Shown here: positions 23,061 to 34,078 of the stretch, piece by piece
Position numbering within the stretch: the stretch's first letter is position 1
Layout of the letters: the number at the start of each line of letters is the position of its first letter
Assembly: GCA_000165345.1 (NCBI GenBank)
Contig: CM000436.1
Span: forward strand, 224,001 to 288,000
Reading direction: 5' to 3'
DNA length: 64,000 nucleotides
Notes under the pieces: model-generated
Told to the model about the DNA's origin: nothing
Databases searched by the model: none
What the model saw: only the letters and a program-made list of their open reading frames with translations
Program-made: the position numbers and the translations under genes

Positions 23061-25973
23061 ATGGCAGATAAGGTACAAAGAGTGATGGAGGACATGGTTC
23101 CAGAGCTCTTGGACCTTGGAAAACGTAAAGTTTTTTCAAAAGAGGAAATCAGAGAAATTATCAAGCATAGAAGGAACTTTGAATATAAAATAGCTTCAAG
23201 AACTCCAATTTTGAGAGATTTTTTAGAATATTTAAGTCATGAATATGAACTTGAGAGAATTAGAAATACTAGAACAAAAGCATTAAAGTTAAAAAAACGT
23301 ACTATTGGTGATTACTCAATTATTCGTTTAATCCACTTTATTTTCAAAAGAGCTCTCAGAAAGTTTCCATCTGATGAAAAGTTATGGCTTCAAAACATTG
23401 ACTTTTGTTTAAAATCAGGATCTTCAAAGGCTCTTCAAAGAAGTTTAATTTCTGCTCTCAAACATAACCCAAATAATAGTGTTTTTTGGCTTATAATGTC
23501 TGATAGAGAGCTACAAAATGGAAATTCAAAAGAAGCTAGGTCTGCAATTCTTTTGGGATTGAGAGTAAACAAGAGTTCTCTAATACTATGGAGAGGTTTT
23601 TCTCAACTTGAAACTAACATTGCATATAGAAAGTATTTAGACTCTTTTTCCAGCTCTAAACTTGCGCTTAATAAAGGATTCCAAATTAAAAATTCCAGTG
23701 TTATGCCTCTAATTCCAATCTTAAACCATGGCCTGAGAAGAATCAAGCTTGAATATAAGAAAGAAGCCCATATTATATTTATGTTCAGGCAATATTACAA
23801 GCTTTATAATACACTTTTGAAGGATGGTGATTTATCTAGGATTGAAGGTATGGACGAGCTAAAAAATCAAATATTTGACTCATTTAATCAAAGCAAGAAA
23901 TTACAACCATTATTTCCAGTATTTGGAATTATTTTAGGCATTTCCAAAAATGACCAATCGGATATATTCAGTCATTTTAAATATGAAATTGACCAACTAT
24001 TTAGTAATTCAGATAGTGAGTTTGTCTTGGTTTCTTTGATCTTTATTTGCAGACTCATTTATAACTGCATTAATGGCCAATTTCCTGTATCTAGTCCAGG
24101 AAATCAGTCAAATATGGATACCTCATTTGAAACCATAAATAATTCTAATATTATAGATTTTGGATTTCAAATTTCTGAGTCCATTCAAGATTTTGATAAT
24201 AATCAAGAACTTTCTAATCAAAATGATTCTACAATGGAGAATGATTTAAATTTAGATATGATTACTTGGTACTCTCAGACTTGTTTGAAAAATTTGATAT
24301 TCAAAGAAAATTTACAAATCAAGAAAACTATTCATTTATTGAAACTTGATCCTAACTTTTGGAATTGTTGTTTTTTAGAAGATTCTAATGTTGAAGATCT
24401 TATTCAAATACTTTCATTATACTCGATACCTAGTATTGTGGATAGAGAAGTATGGAAGGAAAAATTATTTTCAAAAGAGCAAATTGAATCTATTAGAGAA
24501 AAAATTATGTTATACTTATCTCAGGATTTAAATAAGGACAGATTTGTACAATTAGTCACTGATATAAAGGGTACCATTGAAAAATTGGCTATTGAACCTG
24601 AATTTCAAGATTTAAAACTTACTCTGTTTGAGGCTCTTGACTCGTTATTTGAGTCCAACCATGTAGACAATTTTAATAACTATACTAATGATGACAAACA
24701 TATAAGAGATTCTCCAAATCAGAATTTACCCCAAATCCCGGATAATATTCCTCAATTGATACAAGCATATAAACAATTCATTATATATTATGGTACAAAA
24801 CAACTTTCACCTAATCAGGCTACATTCATGATACAATCCATTAACAAGCTGTTAGATCTAATCCAAAACCAAGTTGAAAACGATGAAAAACAGTCTGAAA
24901 GTTTGGATTTTATTGGATTTTCAAAATCAATCTTCTGGACTTTATATATCATAAGCACCAATTCACAAGAATTAAATGAAGAATATTCACAAAGTCTTCT
25001 CAAACTTAGACAAAGAATCATCTTTTTCTCACTTAATATTTTACCAAGATGGATTTCTACTAGAAAAATTCCAGGGCTCCTATTCAATACATTAATTATT
25101 TACTCTGTACTTAAATCTACAGAGAATATGGATAATTCATTATCAAGTCTAATAATCAAATACTTAAAATACCAAGAGAATGGTATGGAAATTAATTTTG
25201 ATTCATCATCTATTATTGGTATTCTTAAAGAATCTATCAATGAAGACTATCTTACTCATGCTACTGAAATTCTTCTTGAATTACCATCTGAATATAGCTG
25301 GTTACTTTCCAATGATATTACCATGATGTCTAAAGCCAATAAAGATATTACATCAATTACATTCATGCTTTCTTGTATAACTTTACTATACTTACTACTT
25401 GAAAGATATCTAGAAAAGTGTATTTCACGAAAAAACAGTCACAATAAACTCAGTGATCCGAATCTAGAAAATCCAAATAATTATCTAATACCTAAACTAT
25501 TTTGGATGTTGAACCATCTAATTACTTATATTAATGGCCTTGATGACTTTAAGTCCGAAGAATTCAAAATAAATTTGTACGTAAGATATTTACTTCTCAT
25601 TAAACTTATAGAACATTTCAAGGTAAAAAGAATTCTTTCTCCGAAATTTGGAGAATTTAATAACGGTAACCAGATACCTACTTTTTCAATGCTAATTAGT
25701 CAGTTTAATAAATGCTCTTCACAAATGCGTTCTGGCAAAATACCTTCTGGGCTTAGCATTGTAACTATCTCTACTTTACCCTTAGATGATCCTCAGTTCG
25801 AGCTATTCCTAAAAAGAACATCCAGCATACAAGAAGATGGCCAAGAAGTCTTTGAAACCCCTGAATCTCAAAACAGTCCCCATCAAACTTTAAATAAAGT
25901 CATGCAAAATATTTTAAATCCATGCCAACTTTTGGCGCCAACATCTATATATGTAAATACTAATTATTTATAA
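23061..25973 (+). CDS. UTP6: U3 snoRNP protein UTP6-like (HAT repeats) with long C-terminal extension
   Basis: The N-terminal 70 aa are colinear with human UTP6: MADKVQRVMEDMVPELLDLGKRKVFSKEEIREIIKHRRNFEYKIASRT vs MAEIIQERIEDRLPELEQLERIGLFSHAEIKAIIKKASDLEYKIQRRT. HAT-like helical repeats follow. It is 970 aa long. Confidence 0.75.
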   Translation: MADKVQRVMEDMVPELLDLGKRKVFSKEEIREIIKHRRNFEYKIASRTPILRDFLEYLSHEYELERIRNTRTKALKLKKRTIGDYSIIRLIHFIFKRALRKFPSDEKLWLQNIDFCLKSGSSKALQRSLISALKHNPNNSVFWLIMSDRELQNGNSKEARSAILLGLRVNKSSLILWRGFSQLETNIAYRKYLDSFSSSKLALNKGFQIKNSSVMPLIPILNHGLRRIKLEYKKEAHIIFMFRQYYKLYNTLLKDGDLSRIEGMDELKNQIFDSFNQSKKLQPLFPVFGIILGISKNDQSDIFSHFKYEIDQLFSNSDSEFVLVSLIFICRLIYNCINGQFPVSSPGNQSNMDTSFETINNSNIIDFGFQISESIQDFDNNQELSNQNDSTMENDLNLDMITWYSQTCLKNLIFKENLQIKKTIHLLKLDPNFWNCCFLEDSNVEDLIQILSLYSIPSIVDREVWKEKLFSKEQIESIREKIMLYLSQDLNKDRFVQLVTDIKGTIEKLAIEPEFQDLKLTLFEALDSLFESNHVDNFNNYTNDDKHIRDSPNQNLPQIPDNIPQLIQAYKQFIIYYGTKQLSPNQATFMIQSINKLLDLIQNQVENDEKQSESLDFIGFSKSIFWTLYIISTNSQELNEEYSQSLLKLRQRIIFFSLNILPRWISTRKIPGLLFNTLIIYSVLKSTENMDNSLSSLIIKYLKYQENGMEINFDSSSIIGILKESINEDYLTHATEILLELPSEYSWLLSNDITMMSKANKDITSITFMLSCITLLYLLLERYLEKCISRKNSHNKLSDPNLENPNNYLIPKLFWMLNHLITYINGLDDFKSEEFKINLYVRYLLLIKLIEHFKVKRILSPKFGEFNNGNQIPTFSMLISQFNKCSSQMRSGKIPSGLSIVTISTLPLDDPQFELFLKRTSSIQEDGQEVFETPESQNSPHQTLNKVMQNILNPCQLLAPTSIYVNTNYL

Positions 25974-26415
25974 TTGTGTTGGAAAATTGAATAAGTTTTC
26001 AATTAAGAGTTTAGATTAGGTACAAATAGATTAAATCTCATATATATCTTTATGTTTCTAGGTTAATTTTAGCAAACTTATTAATATTTTTCTCAATATT
26101 TTATAGCAGAAATTGTTCAAGTTACCAATTCCGCCACGTAATTTATGCAGGAATGAATTTCAATTAGGCGCCAAGTTGGAGTTTTAAGAACTAAGCAAGC
26201 AAATAATAAGTATTAATTTAATTTCAAATAGAGTAACTAGGTAAAAAGAGTTTGAAATTGTGAAAGGTTAGTTAAAGAAGTCCTATAGAGTTGTTTGGTT
26301 AGTTAGAATTTCTGAAGGGATGAATTGGAAATAGTTTCTTTAATTGTCAAAGATATATTTACACACACCCACAAAGCAGAATTAATAGGTTACCAAGAGT
26401 GTGAAAGGGTGGAAT

Positions 26416-29400
26416 ATGAGAGAGGAAGAGGGGTATCATAAGAAGGAGGAGTCAATTACAATTCAACCTCGTTTATATAGTTTTGATAATTCATGGGATA
26501 ATGTTGTATTAAAGCTAAAACAAACAGATTCTCTCAAGTTTCCAATAATAATTGATCAAGTTGTAAGAAGTGGAAACTTATTTTATATATCTTTAATTAC
26601 AGGTCAGCTATTAAGATGGAATCCAGATGAAGTTACAACAAATTTGATAGTTCTTGAGCCTCCTGTAGGTTTTTCTGGAGGCGGTGGCAATGGTGGCAAC
26701 AGTGGTATGGGAGGATTAGGGAAGAATTATGAAAATATCGATAGGGGAAGATCTCCTCAGGCACCACAAATCTTTGTAGATCAGACAGGAGATCATGCAT
26801 TGATTGTTCATAACACCGGAGAGACATGGTATTTACATTCAACACAAGTAAAAGCAAGACATATCCAAAAATTGAGTAACTATTCTATCTTGAGTGTAGC
26901 CTGGAATAACTGGGAGACTTCAAGAAATAGTGCAGTTTCTGTGATTATTGGGTGTAAAAAGGGAACCATTTTGACCACAATTCTGGGCCCTGATATATCA
27001 TCCAGTTCCACAGTAATCAGAGTTTTACATGAAATCTCGGGTACCCCAATTTTAGGAGTCATGCTAGATTCAATTTGGATGAAAGACTCTGATGATGCTC
27101 ATGATAATCAAAACAATGAATCATCATTGAATAAACTACAATATGTGGTATCTGTTTCAACACCAACGAAATTACTTTTATGGTATGGTCAAAATAGAAT
27201 CATTGATTTGTTCGTTAAAAATGATGATCTTGGAGAATCATCTCGGTACTGTTTGGAAATTGGATCTACTGAAACAGCTTCATTAACAAGTAAAATACGA
27301 TTACTGGAGGTAACTAATTATCATTTTTTAATTTGGATTAGCAGTAGAGAAATATCCATTTACTATGTTAATAGAAGTAAACATTCTATTTTAGAAGCCT
27401 GTGATTATATTGGACAGCTTAAGAAATATGATTTTTTCTCCAATTCCAACAAGATTCCCAATAGTGTTGAATGCTCTAGATATCATATTATTGCTTTATT
27501 TGAGGATTATTTGGATGTAATTTCTCCAATTACTGCAAAAAGCATATATAAAGTCTCAATTGTGAGTATTCCTGGGCAATTAGTAGTAGGAGGAGAAGTC
27601 ATACAAGACTTGCAACTGGCAGGAGATGGAGGGGTCTCAACCATTAAGGCTTTGGCCATTGAAATATCGTCCAGTTTTAATAATCTAAGCGTGTTGAGAG
27701 GTAGTAACTCCAATAATAATGAGGAATTGGAAATCTTGGACAGAATAAGCTTTATTTGGGGATATAATAATGATAATATCTACAAGATTAATATTATTAA
27801 TGAAGGAGGAGCATTATGGAAGGAATGGCTTTATGTTGGGATGTATGAAGAAGCTCTTATTAGTACTGAGAAGATATCAAGTACAACTTTGAAATCAAAA
27901 AAGAAGTCAATGATTAGAAGACTCCAATTCATTGATTTCTTTAGGAGAGGAAAAGTGAAGCAAGCAGCTCAACTTTTATCAAAAATAGATGATGAATTAT
28001 CATTTAATGAAATTTGTAATATGTTCATTTACAATGGATGTTGGGAAGGCTTAATAGTATATTTGACTTGTAAGCTTCAGCAATTAAGATCCAATCATAA
28101 AGATCCAATTACTACCAGTTCTGTTTACCAGGATGAAACAATTATTTTAAAGTTTGTTGTATTAAGCATCTGGCTAGTAGAGTTGAATTCATTTGTCTCA
28201 TTTTCTCAAGGAGAGAAGAATATTGATGATAACTATTACTCTGGCTTAATTGGAGTTTTGAAGTTGATATATCAAATTGATGAAGTAGAGACAAAAGTAT
28301 ATCAAATACTCACTCAATATAATCGTAGAGTTGCAATTCAATATTATTCAGATCTTAGAAAGGATTGGCATGTCTTAGTTCAAGAATATATTTGTTTTGG
28401 AATAATGGATCCAAGTCTAGTTAGAAGATGTTTTGAAATCTTTGTTTCCATAGGGGGTAGCGTTTTAAAAAGGGATAAACTTTTGATTCAATATTCCCCA
28501 ATACTTGCATTTTTAGATCCAAAGAGATTTCTTTCATTACTAAAGAGACCATCCTTTACTTCAATTGATTTGAATTTAATTCTCCCATACTTGCTTGATT
28601 TAAATGGAATAGACATTCAATATAAGGATCCTTCAGAAGCAAAGGATGAAAGAGAAGAGCTTGACAAGCTTGCAATTTTGTTGATAGAGAATTTTCTTAA
28701 TTTGAATGGTAAGCAGAGAAACCAATCTGAAATGGAAAGAGTATCAACTCGAGTAAAATTAATGTTACATACAGATACTTGGAAAGGTAATAAAACAATC
28801 TGGAATGTATTAGCTATCTTGTGTTCAAAACTTGATGAAGGAGAAGAACTGCTTTTATCTTATATAACTCCTTTACTTAGCAAAGCTAAGATGGAAGGTT
28901 CTCTTTATGACTCAAACCCACAAGAATCAAAGCTTGAAATGGAATTTGATCTTCCTTTTCTACTTAATATATGCAATACCAAACAATATAAAAGGTTGAA
29001 AGCTTACGTTTACTGTTTATTAGGATTTTACGATTCTGCAATGTCAGTTTGTCTTAAAGAGTTAAATAGTACTAAACTGACAAGAGATATCATATATAAC
29101 TTTATTGAGAGCTATGACCAAAGAAGAAAATGGATCTTGAATTTGATTAAGCCCTTAGGATACAATAGAGATATTCAAGGGCTAACAAAACTCCTTGCAG
29201 CTTCACCAAAGTATATTTTAACTCTAAGTGATGTATTAATGGTGATTCCAGATGATATCCAACTTTCATTTCTAAGCAATTTAATCTCGAATAATATTAA
29301 TCAATTTGACGAATTGCTGCTTAAGAGAACGAATATATATGATAATTATAAACAATCCAGAGAGAAACTTTTGATGGACCTATTTTCTTGTCATACTTCT

Positions 29401-30162
29401 TATAATGTAGTAGATCCTCAGAATGATATCTGTTTTGTTTGTTATAGAGGATTATTCAATTATCAAGGCTTTACTTTTGAAGATATTCGTGAGTTTGCTC
29501 ATTCTCTAAGAATTAGCCACTTAGATCAAATCCATTTTAGCAGTTTAATAAATTATTTCCTGGTAAAATCAAGGAGTCAAAATGAGGGAAAACTTAAGGA
29601 TACTGGAACAGTAATTAACCAGAAAGCTGAAATAGATGAAAATAATCCATCTGGATTTGATGAAACTCAATATTATAAATTCTTGAATGATGACTTGAAT
29701 TCTAATGTTTTATTATTTCCCTGCTCCCATAGCTTCCACTTTGGATGTATGCTTTTGAAATATACATCACTGATGAACCATGATGAAATTAATAAAACAA
29801 CAAGGATTATAGAGGGTATCTGTAAGCATTCAGCCATATATTCAAAGAACTATAACAAGAATATGCGATCCCAATTCAAATCTGATACCAGTAATAAGCC
29901 TTCAAAAATAATTTCTAGAAATATATTGGATTATCAGAATTCAAAGAAGAATATAAATATGACCAAATCCAAAAAGAAAATGGACCTGATATCAATTAGT
30001 GAAAACTCTTCCAACTCTATTTTACATTCTTTATATAAACAATTAATAAATTTAGTAAACAATGATTGTTTGATTTGTGGGGAATTGATGATTAGAAACA
30101 TCGATAAACCATTTATTACTGAAGATTGCCAAAATACTGACCTCAATAACTTCTATATTTAG
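26416..30162 (+). CDS. HOPS/CORVET class C core subunit, Vps11/Vps18-like (RING-H2 at C-terminus). ORF track start 26401 is GTG.
   Basis: It is about 1250 aa, with an N-terminal beta-rich region then an alpha-solenoid. A C-terminal RING-H2-like motif (CFVCYRGLF...FPCSHSFHFGCM) is followed by an extra CxxC (CLICGEL). This is the architecture shared by Vps11, Vps18 and Pep3. I cannot distinguish which member it is. Confidence 0.55.
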   Translation: MREEEGYHKKEESITIQPRLYSFDNSWDNVVLKLKQTDSLKFPIIIDQVVRSGNLFYISLITGQLLRWNPDEVTTNLIVLEPPVGFSGGGGNGGNSGMGGLGKNYENIDRGRSPQAPQIFVDQTGDHALIVHNTGETWYLHSTQVKARHIQKLSNYSILSVAWNNWETSRNSAVSVIIGCKKGTILTTILGPDISSSSTVIRVLHEISGTPILGVMLDSIWMKDSDDAHDNQNNESSLNKLQYVVSVSTPTKLLLWYGQNRIIDLFVKNDDLGESSRYCLEIGSTETASLTSKIRLLEVTNYHFLIWISSREISIYYVNRSKHSILEACDYIGQLKKYDFFSNSNKIPNSVECSRYHIIALFEDYLDVISPITAKSIYKVSIVSIPGQLVVGGEVIQDLQLAGDGGVSTIKALAIEISSSFNNLSVLRGSNSNNNEELEILDRISFIWGYNNDNIYKINIINEGGALWKEWLYVGMYEEALISTEKISSTTLKSKKKSMIRRLQFIDFFRRGKVKQAAQLLSKIDDELSFNEICNMFIYNGCWEGLIVYLTCKLQQLRSNHKDPITTSSVYQDETIILKFVVLSIWLVELNSFVSFSQGEKNIDDNYYSGLIGVLKLIYQIDEVETKVYQILTQYNRRVAIQYYSDLRKDWHVLVQEYICFGIMDPSLVRRCFEIFVSIGGSVLKRDKLLIQYSPILAFLDPKRFLSLLKRPSFTSIDLNLILPYLLDLNGIDIQYKDPSEAKDEREELDKLAILLIENFLNLNGKQRNQSEMERVSTRVKLMLHTDTWKGNKTIWNVLAILCSKLDEGEELLLSYITPLLSKAKMEGSLYDSNPQESKLEMEFDLPFLLNICNTKQYKRLKAYVYCLLGFYDSAMSVCLKELNSTKLTRDIIYNFIESYDQRRKWILNLIKPLGYNRDIQGLTKLLAASPKYILTLSDVLMVIPDDIQLSFLSNLISNNINQFDELLLKRTNIYDNYKQSREKLLMDLFSCHTSYNVVDPQNDICFVCYRGLFNYQGFTFEDIREFAHSLRISHLDQIHFSSLINYFLVKSRSQNEGKLKDTGTVINQKAEIDENNPSGFDETQYYKFLNDDLNSNVLLFPCSHSFHFGCMLLKYTSLMNHDEINKTTRIIEGICKHSAIYSKNYNKNMRSQFKSDTSNKPSKIISRNILDYQNSKKNINMTKSKKKMDLISISENSSNSILHSLYKQLINLVNNDCLICGELMIRNIDKPFITEDCQNTDLNNFYI

Positions 30163-30228
30163 AACCATAGTAACTTTAATAAACTTTTGGACTAAAATAT
30201 TTATTTTTGATTCATTATTCCTTTTTTA

Positions 30229-31860
30229 TTAATAATTCAATGCTCTATTTTCGTACATGCAATTTTCGAGTTCGGAGCCATATTTTGCACTACCGTTATT
30301 TACATGCATTTTAGAGTGAACCGCTTCAATTTGAGGAGAATTTGACTGGAATTTGGAACAAACTTGAGAATTAGAATGTATTAGAGGTGGCATTCCGATT
30401 GGATAGACATTAAATCCAATCTCAAAAAGCTGATAATGTTGGAGGAAATTTCTTCCATCAAAAATAAAAGCAGGTTTTTCCATATTGCTAAACGCTTGTT
30501 GAAAGTTTATGTCTTTAAATGTATTCCAGTCAGTACAAAAAACTAGAGCATGGGAACCTTTAATTGCTGTTTCCAATTCAGATGATATTTGAATATTATT
30601 AGGACCTGTAGAGTTAGGAATGATTTTTTTCTCAGTTTGTTCAGTTTGGATATTAGCTTCTCCTTGTTGTCCAATTTGAAATGACATATTATGGATACCA
30701 TACTTACTTAATTCAGAAATAATTTCTGCTTTCTTTGATTTTGGATCAAAAATAGTAATATTAGCCCCTTCTCTTAATAGCTCAAAACAAATAGTACCAG
30801 AAGGGGTTTCCCTGACATCACTAGTATTCTTTTTAAATGAAAATCCAAGTACAGTGACTTTCTTGTTATTAAGTGAATTAAACATTGATTTAACAATTTT
30901 GGCAGAAAATGAAGTCTTTTGAACTTCATTCAAGTGAATTACTTGTCTCCAATACTCAGCTTCATCCTTCAAATTAAAATGATCGAATAGGTAAGCAAGG
31001 CATAAAACGTCTTTCTTGAAACAGCTCCCTCCAAATCCAACTGATGATGTCAAAAATTCATTTCCAATTCTTTTATCACTTCCAACAGCTTTTGAAATTT
31101 GAGAAATATCAGCACCTGTAGCTTCGCAAAGTCTAGAAAATGAATTAATTGAAGAGATTCTCTGTGCAAGAAATGCATTTGAAGCAAGCTTTGCTAATTC
31201 AGAACTCCAAACATTCATCATTAAAATTTTTTCTTCAGGAACCCAATTCAAATAAATCATCTTTAGAATCTCCATTCCAATTTTACCTATTTCTGAATCT
31301 GTTCTCCCTCCAATTAAAACTCTATCGGGAAATTCCAAATCGGATATAGCAGTTCCTTCAGCTAAGAATTCAGGATTTGAAATAACTGTGAAATCTACAT
31401 CCTTTCTTTTTCTACATGAATATAATACCTCTAATAAAGACTCTGAAGTTTTTACTGGCACTGTTGATTTTTCAATAACAACTTTACTAGTTTCTGAAAA
31501 TTTAGAAATTGTTCTACAACAATCCTCCATCATGGATAGGTCGGGGGCTTCACCTTTATTTCTACCATAAGTTTTTGTTGGTGTATTTACTGAAATAAAA
31601 ATTATATCACATTCTTCAATAACTTTCTCAATTTCATGACTGAAAAACAAATTTACGTTTAATGTTTTCTTTAATATTTCATTGAGTCCTGGTTCATATA
31701 TTGGAGTAGTGCCAGAATTCCATTCTTGTATTCTCTTTATGTTTTTATCGCAAACATATACTTTAAGATTTGGACACTTATATGCAATCATTGCCATTGT
31801 TGGGCCACCTACATATCCTGCACCAATACAACATATTTTTTCAGTTTTAATATTTTTCAT
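30229..31860 (-). CDS. UGDH: UDP-glucose 6-dehydrogenase
   Basis: KICCIGAGYVGGPTMAMIA, IFISVNTPTKTYG, NPEFLAEGTAI, SSELAKLASNAFLAQRISSIN and GFGGSCFKKDVL are all near-identical to human UGDH motifs. It is 543 aa with a C-terminal extension. Confidence 0.95.
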   Translation of the reverse strand: MKNIKTEKICCIGAGYVGGPTMAMIAYKCPNLKVYVCDKNIKRIQEWNSGTTPIYEPGLNEILKKTLNVNLFFSHEIEKVIEECDIIFISVNTPTKTYGRNKGEAPDLSMMEDCCRTISKFSETSKVVIEKSTVPVKTSESLLEVLYSCRKRKDVDFTVISNPEFLAEGTAISDLEFPDRVLIGGRTDSEIGKIGMEILKMIYLNWVPEEKILMMNVWSSELAKLASNAFLAQRISSINSFSRLCEATGADISQISKAVGSDKRIGNEFLTSSVGFGGSCFKKDVLCLAYLFDHFNLKDEAEYWRQVIHLNEVQKTSFSAKIVKSMFNSLNNKKVTVLGFSFKKNTSDVRETPSGTICFELLREGANITIFDPKSKKAEIISELSKYGIHNMSFQIGQQGEANIQTEQTEKKIIPNSTGPNNIQISSELETAIKGSHALVFCTDWNTFKDINFQQAFSNMEKPAFIFDGRNFLQHYQLFEIGFNVYPIGMPPLIHSNSQVCSKFQSNSPQIEAVHSKMHVNNGSAKYGSELENCMYENRALNY

Positions 31861-32482
31861 TTTTTATTACTTTTTGCCAATGTTTTAATAGATTATGGTT
31901 TATTGGCTTGATATTTCCTTAATATAGAATGATTAGGGAGACTTCTTTTAAATTTAACTTTTATGATAGTTTTTTCCACTTATATTTACAAAAATTGTCT
32001 AAAATCAAACCTCTTCCATCCAACTCAGTAATTACTATAATGACAATAATAATTTATTGAATGGTTTTTCTTTAAAGAATTTCACCATAAAAATTTGATT
32101 ATTTTCAACTCGAATTCGAGATTGTTTATTTAATTAACTTTTCTTCTTGAGCTAAACACTTCCTCTTCTCTTCATTATTCAAAAAACTGTGAATCTAAAA
32201 TAAACCATTTTGTCTTAAATAATTAACTAAAGTTCTATCGTTTATAAATAATGCAAAATTTTTAAAAAATGCACACAAATTAAGTTGTCCACATGCAACA
32301 TTATTATATACCGGTATCAAAAAAATAACAATAATTTGCACGTAACTGCATGACTATTGTCCACATTGAAAAAAACTTTATAAATAAAAATAATGTAATC
32401 TAAAAAAAATTATAACTATAACTAAATTTAATGGGAATGAAAATATGATATTAAGTTAAATTAATTGTCTTAAATATAATAA

Positions 32483-32857
32483 TTATCTTCCTTGCTTTTG
32501 GAATACCCATTCTGTATTATCTAGAGGACATACATTTCTTGTTTTCAACCATCTAGATATACAGTGCAGGTGAAATGCATGATTACACTGTCCCCAAGTT
32601 ACTGTGCATTCCTCGCTTCTTTGAGCAGATCCTGTATTGGCTTGGCATTCTATGCATAAGTCCATAATATGATTCCTACATATTGCGCAGTTATCTACTA
32701 CAATATCCCATGACCAAAGTGCAACTGCATTCCATTTCTTTATTTCGAATCTTTTCTGACCAGGTTCTGTGTTTACTGAATTGTTAGCAGTATTATTTTC
32801 TTCAATTTTTTGATCAATCATCTCTTCATTAACTTGCTCACAGCTTCTTGTATCCAT
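32483..32857 (-). CDS. RBX1: RING-box protein RBX1/ROC1 (cullin-RING ligase subunit)
   Basis: [35 protein letters not shown]...[31 protein letters not shown] is the canonical RBX1 RING-H2 with an N-terminal extension. Confidence 0.9.
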   Translation of the reverse strand: MDTRSCEQVNEEMIDQKIEENNTANNSVNTEPGQKRFEIKKWNAVALWSWDIVVDNCAICRNHIMDLCIECQANTGSAQRSEECTVTWGQCNHAFHLHCISRWLKTRNVCPLDNTEWVFQKQGR

Positions 32858-33494
32858 TATACGTATTAATATAATTAAATATAGATATATTTTTTACTAA
32901 ATTACCACTCTTATTGTTTTGAAAATGCTCTATTATTAGCTTAAATAACGAGTTGCGCTTTTTGTTTACAAAGATATAGAGAATATAGTACCAACTTACT
33001 TCCTTAAATTTGCATTATAGCTCCTGCTCTTTTTAGAAACGTGCTCTTCTTCTTTTCCTCCCAATAAATTTTCTAAATTATTTTAAGCTTATTTTATTTT
33101 TCTCTCTTCACAATAAACATTTTCCCACATTTTAATTATTAATATTGCAAAGTTACCGCCACAATTAAGGCGGGCCAGTCTGACCGCCTAGAAAGAATGT
33201 CATCGAAGACAATATATAGTTTATATTTTCGTACAAGTTAATTAATTAAACTTAGAAAATCGGTGAATAAATCATTTTTTCACTAACTAGGTTTTATTCT
33301 CCCTGAAGGATTATAAATTTATTCAGTCTGGTTAAAAAATTATTCAATTTTAGTCTTATTGAGCTTTGCAAACTCTGCTCTTTATTCTCTCTTGTTTCCT
33401 TTGGGTTTCAGGAGATAATGTAAAAGACTTAAACTTAAGTAGTTTCGGATAATCTATAAATTGTTCGGGTTTAAAAGCAAGCTATCAAGTAAAT

Positions 33495-34019
33495 ATGGCG
33501 AAGGGTTTGAGAAGTAAGGTAAAGAGAAGGTTTCGTACAGCCAAAAGGCTACTGATTAAGAATACTTTAGAATTAAGTAGAAATACCGAAAAGTCTAATG
33601 CTCTAAGAGAAATTGGAGAAGGTACCTATGTACAAAAAGAAATCCCATTGAATGCCTTCTTGTATCCAGAAAGTAAAAATGCTATTTTTCCACAAAAAAA
33701 CAGAAATGCATCTATTGACTTCAGATCAGAATCTATAAGTAGTATTGCAGGATATATGGGCCCAGGGAATAGACGTAAATACTATCCAGGTGAGGAGATA
33801 CCAATTCTAAGTATTATGGGAGACGGAAATATGACAAATAGTAGAGATGTTGAAATTATAAACACAACTAATATGAATATGAATATTGATAGTACAAATC
33901 AGGTTAAAGATGTAGTTGAGTTCGAAACCGAAAAGAGGCAGGTATCTATTCCTGTGATCAAGGATTCAATTAAAGGAGCATATGAGGCAAGCTTTAAGAA
34001 GAAAAGCAAAAAGAAATGA
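33495..34019 (+). CDS. small basic protein, LLP-homolog (Laps/LLPH)-like
   Basis: The N-terminus MAKGLRSKVKRRFRTAKR matches LLPH MAKSLRSKWKRKMRAEKR. It has a basic C-terminus KKKSKKK and is 174 aa. The assignment rests on the N-terminal motif only. Confidence 0.4.
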   Translation: MAKGLRSKVKRRFRTAKRLLIKNTLELSRNTEKSNALREIGEGTYVQKEIPLNAFLYPESKNAIFPQKNRNASIDFRSESISSIAGYMGPGNRRKYYPGEEIPILSIMGDGNMTNSRDVEIINTTNMNMNIDSTNQVKDVVEFETEKRQVSIPVIKDSIKGAYEASFKKKSKKK

Positions 34020-34078
34020 GTAAAAGATCTTGTAAAAATTAATATATTTACTTTATTTCAAAGTTAGTAAGCTTTAAT

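Noticed and set aside
30229-31860. UDP-glucose dehydrogenase as a possible horizontally acquired gene
   Set aside because: The sequence is colinear with, and most similar to, the eukaryotic animal/plant-type UGDH. Nothing bacterial-specific is visible from the sequence alone.
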